The position numbers were made by a program, and so were the translations under genes. A DNA stretch of 64,000 nt from a virus. Its lineage: Duplodnaviria; Caudoviricetes. Below, in pieces: positions 49,714 through 57,640 of the stretch (its first letter is position 1; every line of letters begins with the position of its first letter). The notes below the pieces were generated by a model. That model saw only the letters and a list, made by a program, of their open reading frames with translations, ran no database searches and was not told the origin of the DNA. The DNA lies in IMG/VR virus record IMGVR_UViG_3300028886_000028, positions 192,001 to 256,000 of that record, one strand, 5' to 3'.

Positions 49714-50772
49714 ATGAGACAAGAAAAAAATAGTTCGTTTGAAAGATATTGTCAATATACTATAAAAGGCGATGGGTATTACCCCATGCACAGTACAGTA
49801 ACAATAATTCCTGCCGGCTTTTATAAACCTGCTCAGGATTCGTATAGTGGGGAATATTTTTTGCAGAAAAAAACGGTAATAACCCCCAAACTTTATCTTT
49901 TGCCAAATGAAGCAAAAGAGATTATTTTTAATGACATACAACGATTCTGGGAATCAGAAGAAAGGTATAGAAAATTTCAAAGTGTATACAAAAGGAATAT
50001 TTTGTTATACTCTATACCAGGTAACGGAAAAACTTGTCTTATTAATTTAATGTGTAAAGAACTTATTGAAAAATATGATGGCATAATTATTTGCATTGAT
50101 ACACATAAAGAGTTGGATTATTACACTAAAGTAATGAGTAAATTTAGACAAGTAGAGCCTAATAGGAAAATTATAACTATAATAGAGGATTTTGAAAGGC
50201 TTGCAAAGGACGATTATTATTCTGCTCTTCTTTTACAAATATTAGATGGTAATGAACAATTGGATAGTATTGTTACTATTGCTACTACAAATTACCCTGA
50301 GAATTTGGAAAAAAGATGGACATGTAGGCCAAGCAGATTCAATCTAATTCTTGAATATAAAAAGCCTGATGCTAAAGTAAGGGAATATTACATATATAAT
50401 AAACTTAAAGACGGGGGTATTAACGTTGAATCCGATGAAGTTAAAAACGACATACGACGTTATGTAGAAAAAACAGAAGGCTTTACTTTCGACTTTGTTA
50501 AAGAGGCTATACAAGGTATATATGTAGATAACATATCAGAAGAAGAAATATTCGAAAGAATCGAAAAATCAAGGAAAAATAATGGCTCTTATAAAATAAC
50601 AGAAGACGATGGGAGGCAAATTGGTTTCCATGATGAAGGAGAATGTTGTTGCAATGAAGGAGTGATAACTCATACAGAGCATGGGCCAATAATTTATCCT
50701 GAAGAATATGAGGAATATGATGATATGTATGAGAGAGACGATGTTATCATAAAACCATTGCATGAACATTGA
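49714..50772 (+). CDS. AAA+ ATPase
   Basis: LLYSIPGNGKT, IIEDFE, ATTNYPE, RPSRF. Confidence 0.85.
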   Translation: MRQEKNSSFERYCQYTIKGDGYYPMHSTVTIIPAGFYKPAQDSYSGEYFLQKKTVITPKLYLLPNEAKEIIFNDIQRFWESEERYRKFQSVYKRNILLYSIPGNGKTCLINLMCKELIEKYDGIIICIDTHKELDYYTKVMSKFRQVEPNRKIITIIEDFERLAKDDYYSALLLQILDGNEQLDSIVTIATTNYPENLEKRWTCRPSRFNLILEYKKPDAKVREYYIYNKLKDGGINVESDEVKNDIRRYVEKTEGFTFDFVKEAIQGIYVDNISEEEIFERIEKSRKNNGSYKITEDDGRQIGFHDEGECCCNEGVITHTEHGPIIYPEEYEEYDDMYERDDVIIKPLHEH

Positions 50773-50777
50773 AAAAT

Positions 50778-51383
50778 ATGATTAAAATTATAAGTGATAC
50801 TGATTTATATGAAGATATTGATAAATATGATGTAATTTTAATAGGGACAAATATATACTGTAGTATGTCTCAGGGGTTTCAGAGGAAAATAATGTTAAAT
50901 TTTCCATATGTTCAAGATAAAAATATGAGTACAAAGTATGGCGATGAAGCTAAACTAGGAACAATAATTGAATGTAAAAAAGAAGGAAACCCAACATTTG
51001 TATTACTATATATAAATAAAGGAAATTTTAGGCCGGATTTAAAAAAAGATTATTTATCATATGAATCACTTGAAAAAGTATTAAAAATAATTAATATTTT
51101 ATACAAAGGAAAAAAAGTGGCCAGCACCATAATAGGCGCAAGTAAATTTGACGGAAATGGAGACAAAGATAAAATATTAAATATAATTTCTAATAATACA
51201 TCAAATATTGATTTAACTTTATATGATTATGTTCAATTAAGCCGTTCGGAAGAATTAAAAAAAATAAGAACGAATGAGTTGAAAATTAAAGAAACAGATT
51301 TAGATGCTTATTATGATGCAGTCAAAAAAAGGAAAGAAGAGGCAAACAAAAGAATAAAAAATAATGGACACGCTAGATATTAA
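50778..51383 (+). CDS. Divergent macro-domain protein
   Basis: DL...DVILIGTNIYCSMSQG...GDEAKLG...SYESL..VL...IIGASKFDG follows the macrodomain layout. Confidence 0.55.
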   Translation: MIKIISDTDLYEDIDKYDVILIGTNIYCSMSQGFQRKIMLNFPYVQDKNMSTKYGDEAKLGTIIECKKEGNPTFVLLYINKGNFRPDLKKDYLSYESLEKVLKIINILYKGKKVASTIIGASKFDGNGDKDKILNIISNNTSNIDLTLYDYVQLSRSEELKKIRTNELKIKETDLDAYYDAVKKRKEEANKRIKNNGHARY

Positions 51384-51388
51384 GAATT

Positions 51389-51766
51389 ATGATTAAAAGA
51401 ATTGAAATTACAGAAGATATTTTAAAAGTTATACCTATTATATTTTTACAAGAAAAAGTTGGACTTGATGGTAGTAAAGAAGTAAATATTGATTCGAATC
51501 ATTTATATAGTATAGGATTTGGATTAATTGAAGATTTGGCTATGGCTTTAGGAATATATGATAGGGCAATAAAAGGTACAGAAGATGACCCCGAAGGTAG
51601 AGCCTTTAGCGAAGAAGATACGAACTATATATTGTCGCTTCATAAGTATGTTTCTGATAACATATATTATATAGAATCTCTTATACATCAATTTGTGGTT
51701 AAAGGCGGCTTGGAGGTAGGAGTATATAAAACAAAGGATAATGAATTAATTTGGCTACGAGAGTAG
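51389..51766 (+). CDS. Hypothetical protein
   Basis: 125-aa ORF in operon. Confidence 0.6.
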   Translation: MIKRIEITEDILKVIPIIFLQEKVGLDGSKEVNIDSNHLYSIGFGLIEDLAMALGIYDRAIKGTEDDPEGRAFSEEDTNYILSLHKYVSDNIYYIESLIHQFVVKGGLEVGVYKTKDNELIWLRE

Positions 51767-51769
51767 ACT

Positions 51770-51825
51770 TTTAACATTTTTTAACTGAAAATATTTGTTT
51801 ATGTCAAAAAAAAGCAGTACCTTTG
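51770..51825 (+). promoter_or_regulatory. Bacteroidetes promoter with tandem TTTAAC
   Basis: TTTAAC x2, TTTG-N20-TACCTTTG. Confidence 0.8.
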
Positions 51826-51848
51826 CAAACGATTATGAAGAACCAACA

Positions 51849-52094
51849 GTGTTAGCAACATATCCTAAAAAAGGAATACCTGTGCTTACTGGGGAAGCAG
51901 CAGAGAGATTTATAAAGATTGCTGAAGAAAATGAAAGAAAGGCTAAAGAAAGAGAAAATAGGCCCGTAACAAAAGAAGAGGCTAAAAAAATTATAGGCTT
52001 CAAAAAAGTAATGCTAGAGTATGAAAAAAACAATATTGAAAAATTAGAAAAGGAAATAAAAAAATTAGAAGAAATTATTAATTCACATAATTAA
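51849..52094 (+). CDS. Small hypothetical protein (IPVLTGEAAERF motif)
   Basis: Track start 51795 lies inside the promoter; first in-frame start downstream is GTG 51849. Confidence 0.5.
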   Translation: MLATYPKKGIPVLTGEAAERFIKIAEENERKAKERENRPVTKEEAKKIIGFKKVMLEYEKNNIEKLEKEIKKLEEIINSHN

Positions 52095-52621
52095 TGGCAA
52101 AAAACAAAAACATTTTAAACACGCCAAAATTTCGTATCAATGACGAAATAACAGGCTACAATGATGTAAGAATCGTTGGAGAAGGAATTGAAAGTAAAGT
52201 TGTTGGACTATCTGAGGCTAAAAAAATAGCCGATGAAATGGAAATGGATTTAATTGAAATTAATTCATCGTCCAAGCCTCCAATTCTTAAAATTGCTTCT
52301 TATGAAAAAATGATTTATGAATTAAAAAAAGCCGCTAAAAAAAACAAGCAAGCATCAAAGCCATTAAAGGAAGTACAGTTATCAGTAAATATTACTGACC
52401 ATGACTTAGCGACAAAGGCTAATAATGCAAGGAAATTCATTGAAAGTGGTAGCAAGGTTAAAGTTACACTAACAATGAAGGGACGAGAATTGGCTAGAAG
52501 GGATGACAATAAACGTTCTATACTTGAATTTATTGTAATGCTTGAAGATGTTGCAGTACCAGAGTCACAACCACGCGATGATGGTAATAAAACAATTGTT
52601 ATACTTAAAAAGAAAGGTTAA
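52094..52621 (+). CDS. infC: Translation initiation factor IF-3
   Basis: RINDEI...VRIVG, DLIEI...KPPILKI..Y.K..YE.KK, KEVQLS.NI.DHDL.TK, F...GSKVKV....KGRE. Confidence 0.92.
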   Translation: MAKNKNILNTPKFRINDEITGYNDVRIVGEGIESKVVGLSEAKKIADEMEMDLIEINSSSKPPILKIASYEKMIYELKKAAKKNKQASKPLKEVQLSVNITDHDLATKANNARKFIESGSKVKVTLTMKGRELARRDDNKRSILEFIVMLEDVAVPESQPRDDGNKTIVILKKKG

Positions 52622-52629
52622 ATTAAAAT

Positions 52630-53589
52630 ATGGCAGTTACACCTAACATTAAAACAACAAACAACTATTTTGAGAGGACTGAAACTCTTGTAAAATACTA
52701 TCATGATGCTAACGAGTATGATGTGATGGATGCCGATAAAGAAAAAGAAGTTTTTATGCTTCTTGATGAAGGCAAGAAAAACATCAAAAAAGCGCATGAT
52801 ATTGGCGATAAAAAACTAGAGGCAGAATATAAAAAAGAAGTTGCGTCTCTTCGTGACTTTATCATAAATTCAAACCTTCGTTTTGTTATTTCCGTCGCAA
52901 GAGTGTATGCCACAAATAATAACATTCTTGATTTAATTGACGAAGGTAATATTGGCCTCATTGAGGCAGTTGACACTTTCGATGTGAGCCTTGGCAATCG
53001 TTTCCAAACTCATGCAATTTATCTAATTAGGCAGAAAATAAATTTGTTCCGCCAAAATGATGATTTGCTTATCCGGAAAAATAACGAGTCTAAAACTTAT
53101 CATATTATTTCTAATATGACTAACAAGTTCATACAAGAGTTCCACAGAGAGCCTAATAGTGATGAATTGAAGGACTATATTAATAAGCATTATCCTAACG
53201 CGAAAATTAAAGATTCGGCTGACGTTCTTAATGTAAGAGTTTCTTCAATTGATGAACCAGTTAGTTCTGATGATGATGATGCTAATATTGGTAACATAAC
53301 AGCATTTAATGCTTACAGCGCTTCAGCAAATGATTATGAGAATAGAGTGGAAATTGAACACCTTAGTTCTCTAGTCAATACTTTAATGAGAAATTTATCC
53401 GAAAGGGATAAAAAAATTATTAAGATGTATTTTGGAATAGAACAGAAATTTAACGCACCCTGTCCTGTTTCAGAAATTGCTGAAAAAACAGACCTTACAA
53501 AAGAACGTGTTCGTCAAATTGTGGCAGATGTGCAGAAGAAAATGAGAGACGAATATGAAAAGAATATTGAAAGGTTTTTAAATAATTAA
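52630..53589 (+). CDS. RpoD/SigA-family RNA polymerase sigma factor (no region 1.1)
   Basis: SNLRFVISVAR.Y, DLIDEGNIGLIEAV..FD, LSERDKKII.MYFG, LTKERVRQI. Confidence 0.9.
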   Translation: MAVTPNIKTTNNYFERTETLVKYYHDANEYDVMDADKEKEVFMLLDEGKKNIKKAHDIGDKKLEAEYKKEVASLRDFIINSNLRFVISVARVYATNNNILDLIDEGNIGLIEAVDTFDVSLGNRFQTHAIYLIRQKINLFRQNDDLLIRKNNESKTYHIISNMTNKFIQEFHREPNSDELKDYINKHYPNAKIKDSADVLNVRVSSIDEPVSSDDDDANIGNITAFNAYSASANDYENRVEIEHLSSLVNTLMRNLSERDKKIIKMYFGIEQKFNAPCPVSEIAEKTDLTKERVRQIVADVQKKMRDEYEKNIERFLNN

Positions 53590-53615
53590 AGGGCAACAAA
53601 AGTTGCCCTTTTTTT
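53588..53615. terminator. Bidirectional terminator
   Basis: AAAGGGCAAC-AAAA-GTTGCCCTTT between convergent genes. Confidence 0.85.
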
Positions 53616-54141
53616 ATATTTGTTCTTTCGCTAGTTCTCTACGTATTTTATATGCTTCTTTTTTCTTAAGCCTATATTTAGAACCATTATCATTTCTAAG
53701 ACCCTTAATCTTTTTTCTTAACTGTGATTGAGCACCTTGAGGCGTATGCCCAGGATAAACACGTTTAGCTAATGCAGCAACATCAATCAAATCGCTGTCA
53801 ATGATGTCAGCCAAATCTTCTGCGTCCTGGTTGTTAAGGTTTGGGTTAGTTTCTCTATCAAGTTTTGCATTGAAATCAGTCCTTAAACCATTTTTAAGTT
53901 TTTTACCATTCTTAATTATATCCTTTGCCTTTTTCACCTTTTCTTTTGCTGTTTTCTTTCCTTTTTTCGCAGCATCCCTAACATCTTTTTTAAGCCTTTT
54001 AACGTCTTTTTTCTCTTTTTTTTCTTTTTTACTTATTTCTGAAATGATGCATTCATCAATAATAGAATCCATTCTATTTTCATTAACTATATCATATATG
54101 TAATTGTTGATGCTTTCAGCTATAATTTTGTTTATATTCAT
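53614..54141 (-). CDS. Lys-rich protein with IAE leader and possible C-terminal HTH (candidate internal head protein)
   Basis: MNINKIIAESIN; KKEKKEKK... tract; IDVAALAKRVY....AQSQLRKKIKG. Confidence 0.65.
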   Translation of the reverse strand: MNINKIIAESINNYIYDIVNENRMDSIIDECIISEISKKEKKEKKDVKRLKKDVRDAAKKGKKTAKEKVKKAKDIIKNGKKLKNGLRTDFNAKLDRETNPNLNNQDAEDLADIIDSDLIDVAALAKRVYPGHTPQGAQSQLRKKIKGLRNDNGSKYRLKKKEAYKIRRELAKEQI

Positions 54142-54159
54142 AATGTTTTTATATTTTTA

Positions 54160-54168
54160 TATAAATAT
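54160..54168 (-). promoter_or_regulatory. Putative late promoter ATATTTATA (minus strand)
   Basis: TATAAATAT on + strand, 18 nt from minus-strand ATG. Confidence 0.6.
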
Positions 54169-54170
54169 CT

Positions 54171-54237
54171 TTTAACATCAATTTAACATTTTTTTACAAA
54201 TAAAATTTTTTTATTTGATTTTTTTCTTGTATATTTG
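54171..54237 (+). promoter_or_regulatory. Bacteroidetes promoter with upstream TTTAAC repeats
   Basis: TTTAAC, TTTAAC, TTTTAC then TATATTTG at 54230. Confidence 0.7.
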
Positions 54238-54259
54238 CATAAATCAAAAAGACAAAAAT

Positions 54260-55882
54260 ATGATGGAAAAGGAAAAGCATAGTTTCGTACCTAATTTTGC
54301 TAACATAGCATTTACTGAAAATGGCGCAATATCTAAGTTTACAACTGGCAAGGTTATTACCGACCAATTCGGTAAGGCCGCTAACTATCGTGGACGTGAA
54401 ATTAGTGACGTTTTTAAAGACCAGGAATTACTTTGGCTTGAAAATAAAGAACAAGCAGTTCGTTTCCCGTTCTATTTGAGAATGGTGACTCGTAAGGTAA
54501 AGGTTAACGATAAAAACACCACTGATAAAGTTCAGAAAGGACAAGGCGTTCGTGACGAATCCTTTAAGCGTTTGCTTTGGCTTGCTGCCAATCAGCCGGA
54601 TTCGTTTTATAAGAACATATGGGTGTTACCTATGGTTGGCTGCTGGAAGGATTTGTGGACTTTGATGTATTACGATGTAATTCTCAAAACAAATGCCATT
54701 GACCGTTCCATAATCTTCGACCTTATTAATCAAGGTTTGAAGTGTTCTTCCCATATGGAATTGATTAAGAAGTTTATGCCTCGTGTTAAGACTAACACTA
54801 AGTGCAAAACTGATTGGACCCAGATTACAAACTCTCTTGCTCGTGAATTCGCAAATTATAACGGAATGTCATACAAGGATTATAACCATTTGAAGACAAG
54901 TGGCACAGCCCATGACTTTCAGAAACTTATTTGCAGCGGTCGTTTCAACGACATCAATTGGAATTTAATTCCAGGACGCGCTCTTAGCAAGATAACTACT
55001 CAGAAGTTCTTGTCAAAGCATGACCTTGAAAAAGGTTACACAGAATGGGTAATTTCTCAGCCTACTGTGAAATATACTGGCTATGTGTATGAATTGGCAA
55101 AGGAAGTGATAACTTCAGTCGGTTGGAGCGCAAGGGCCAATAAAATGCCTATTTTCAAGAAAATAACTATTGATAAACAGTTCGATGAATTAGTTAAAAA
55201 GGCAGTAGAAGACGGCAATGTTCTTGGAAACGTATGGTGCGCACTTGACACCAGTGGCTCAATGGGCGCTAGAGTTGTGGGAGATATAAGTGCATACGAT
55301 ATTTGTGTATCGTTGGGAGTATTCTTTTCTACAATTAACACAGGCGCATTCCATAAAAATGTAATAATGTTTGACAACACTTCGCAGGTTAAACAACTCA
55401 AAGGTGGTTTCTGCGATATGATTAATGACATTATTCATTCTAAAACTGCTTGGGGAGGTACTAACTTCCAAAGTGTCATAGACGAAATTGTAAGGGTTCG
55501 TAAAGAAAACCCTAGCATTCCTCTTGAAGATTATCCTCAGACATTGCTTATAGTTAGTGATATGCAATTCAATCCGGTTGGAGGCAACGAAGATACTAAT
55601 TATCAAGCAATGAAAAAGAAACTCTATACTGTTTTCCCAGAGGAATTTGTTAACAGTATGAAGTTTATTTGGTGGCAGGTAACTGGCCGTACAAATGATG
55701 CCCCTGCTACACTCGATGATAATGGATGCTATTTCTTTAGCGGATTCGATGGAAGCATAGTTTCTCTTCTTCTTGGTGGAGAAATGGCAGAAACTGAGGC
55801 TGAAACGAAAGTAAAGCCAACAATGGAGGAAATGATTAACGCCGCACTAGGACAAGAAATATTATCTTATGTAATAGCATAA
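54260..55882 (+). CDS. DUF2828-type TROVE/Ro-like protein with vWA domain
   Basis: FTENGA..TTG, G.GVR, GCWKDL, ALDTSGSM (MIDAS), GGTNFQSV, IVSDMQFN, FSGFD; ATG 54260 follows promoter. Confidence 0.8.
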   Translation: MMEKEKHSFVPNFANIAFTENGAISKFTTGKVITDQFGKAANYRGREISDVFKDQELLWLENKEQAVRFPFYLRMVTRKVKVNDKNTTDKVQKGQGVRDESFKRLLWLAANQPDSFYKNIWVLPMVGCWKDLWTLMYYDVILKTNAIDRSIIFDLINQGLKCSSHMELIKKFMPRVKTNTKCKTDWTQITNSLAREFANYNGMSYKDYNHLKTSGTAHDFQKLICSGRFNDINWNLIPGRALSKITTQKFLSKHDLEKGYTEWVISQPTVKYTGYVYELAKEVITSVGWSARANKMPIFKKITIDKQFDELVKKAVEDGNVLGNVWCALDTSGSMGARVVGDISAYDICVSLGVFFSTINTGAFHKNVIMFDNTSQVKQLKGGFCDMINDIIHSKTAWGGTNFQSVIDEIVRVRKENPSIPLEDYPQTLLIVSDMQFNPVGGNEDTNYQAMKKKLYTVFPEEFVNSMKFIWWQVTGRTNDAPATLDDNGCYFFSGFDGSIVSLLLGGEMAETEAETKVKPTMEEMINAALGQEILSYVIA

Positions 55883-55901
55883 GACAAATAACACTAAACG
55901 G

Positions 55902-55938
55902 AAATGGGTGGTGCTACATTGTAGTGCTACCCATTTTT
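55902..55938 (+). terminator. Intrinsic terminator
   Basis: AAATGGGTGGTGCTAC/GTAGTGCTACCCATTT imperfect stem plus Ts. Confidence 0.7.
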
Positions 55939-55946
55939 AAGTTTAA

Positions 55947-55991
55947 TTAACTAAACTTTTTTTCCATTGACACTTTTTTTTTGTATATTTG
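55947..55991 (+). promoter_or_regulatory. Bacteroidetes promoter
   Basis: TTAAC then TATATTTG at 55984. Confidence 0.7.
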
Positions 55992-56023
55992 CAATATAAA
56001 TGTTTTAAAAGAAATTACATATT

Positions 56024-56200
56024 ATGATGTTTTTTTACAAAAAGAAGAAACATAAGAAGCATAAGAACAAAGGGAATTGCTATAATACAAGTGGTAGCAT
56101 GAAAGAAAAAAAACGCTTTGGGCTTACTAATGCTGAAATGGATGGGCTTATTTTGCAAATGATATGTAAGCCTAAAATACCTATTGAATCTGTAAATTAA
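56024..56200 (+). CDS. 58-aa basic small protein
   Basis: MMFFYKKKKHKKHKNKGNCYN...PIESVN fills the gap between promoter and tyrS; below track cutoff. Confidence 0.5.
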   Translation: MMFFYKKKKHKKHKNKGNCYNTSGSMKEKKRFGLTNAEMDGLILQMICKPKIPIESVN

Positions 56201-56212
56201 ACTTATATAAAA

Positions 56213-57490
56213 ATGACATTATTAGAAGAACTAAATTTTAGAGGGCTAATTGCCAGTACGTCAGGTAATCTTACAGAATTACTTAGTAAACCAACTGTTT
56301 TTTATGTAGGAACAGACCCTACTGCCGATAGCCTTCATCTAGGGCATTTGCTTGCGTTTACAACTGCTAAACTGTTGCAAAGTTATGGGCACAAACCAAT
56401 TGTTCTTTTAGGCGGAGCAACAGCATTTATTGGCGACCCATCATTCAAATCAGAAGAGCGTAAACTGCTTAGTGCTGATGTTGTTTCCCACAATATTGAT
56501 GGTATTCGTGCTCAGGTTTCAAAATTGCTTGATTTTAATTCAACTGCTGATAATGCCGCAATAATGGTAAACAATTACGATTGGATGAAAGATATGTCTT
56601 TCATAGATTTTGCCCGTGAAGTAGGAAAATGTATTACCGTTAATTATATGATGGCAAAAGATTCTGTTAAGAAACGTTTGGAGCGTGAAGGTAGCGGAAT
56701 GTCATTTACTGAATTCACATATCAACTTATTCAAGGCAATGACTTTGTTGAGCTTTACAAAAAGTATGGCTGTAAGTTGCAAATAGGTGGCAGCGACCAG
56801 TACGGAAATGGAACAACAGGTATTGAACTTATACATAAGATGTTGAAAAAAGATGACGCTTGTGTTCTCACTTGGCCGCTTGTTACAAAGGCTGATGGCA
56901 CAAAGTTTGGTAAATCTGAAAAAGGTAATATTTGGTTAGATGCAAGTAAGACTTCTCCTTATGAATTTTATCAGTTCTGGCTCAACCAATCTGATGATGA
57001 TTCAGAACGTTTCATTAAGTTGTTTACTCTTATCCCTCTTGATAACATAAAGTCAATTATTGAGCAGCATCGTGAAGACCCTGGTAAAAGATATTTACAA
57101 ACTGTGTTAGCAGAGTATATGACAGAAATGATTCATGGCAGAGAAGCTTTGCAAGGAGTTAAGCAAGCCACTTCATTTTTGTTCGGCGGTGGTGACATTA
57201 ATAAAATGGATGAAAACGGGTGGAAGTACGTAGAATCTGAGGTAACTACTGTTGAAGTAAGTAAAGATGTTTTTGAAAATACAAATATGCCTGTTATTGA
57301 ATTGGCTATAATGCACGATAAAGTGCCTTCAAAATCAGAAGCACGTAAGCTCATTAAAAGTAATGGCTTTTCAGTAAATAAAACTAAAGTTAGTGAAAAA
57401 GATACTGTTGATGCATCTAGTCTTATAAACGGCAAATATCTTCTTTTACAAAAAGGTAAAAAAGACTATACGTTGGTTATCTGTAAATGA
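56213..57490 (+). CDS. tyrS: Tyrosine--tRNA ligase
   Basis: DPTADSLHLGH (HIGH), EFTYQLIQG.DF, LQIGGSDQ.GN, KFGKS (KMSKS), S4-like C-terminus KGKK. Confidence 0.97.
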   Translation: MTLLEELNFRGLIASTSGNLTELLSKPTVFYVGTDPTADSLHLGHLLAFTTAKLLQSYGHKPIVLLGGATAFIGDPSFKSEERKLLSADVVSHNIDGIRAQVSKLLDFNSTADNAAIMVNNYDWMKDMSFIDFAREVGKCITVNYMMAKDSVKKRLEREGSGMSFTEFTYQLIQGNDFVELYKKYGCKLQIGGSDQYGNGTTGIELIHKMLKKDDACVLTWPLVTKADGTKFGKSEKGNIWLDASKTSPYEFYQFWLNQSDDDSERFIKLFTLIPLDNIKSIIEQHREDPGKRYLQTVLAEYMTEMIHGREALQGVKQATSFLFGGGDINKMDENGWKYVESEVTTVEVSKDVFENTNMPVIELAIMHDKVPSKSEARKLIKSNGFSVNKTKVSEKDTVDASSLINGKYLLLQKGKKDYTLVICK

Positions 57491-57494
57491 TATA

Positions 57495-57522
57495 GTGGGA
57501 TGGGAAAACCATCCCACATTTT
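57495..57522 (+). terminator. Intrinsic terminator
   Basis: GTGGGATGG-GAAAA-CCATCCCAC then ATTTT. Confidence 0.75.
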
Positions 57523-57566
57523 CGTTTAATATACCAATAGTAAAAATAAACAATCAATTAATATTT

Positions 57567-57612
57567 TTTAACTCAATTTTTTTGCATACGTCAAAAAAAA
57601 ATATTACCTTTG
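57567..57612 (+). promoter_or_regulatory. Bacteroidetes promoter with TTTAAC
   Basis: TTTAAC-N8-TTTG-N20-TACCTTTG. Confidence 0.8.
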
Positions 57613-57640
57613 CAGCGAAATAATTTAAGCATAAAATATT

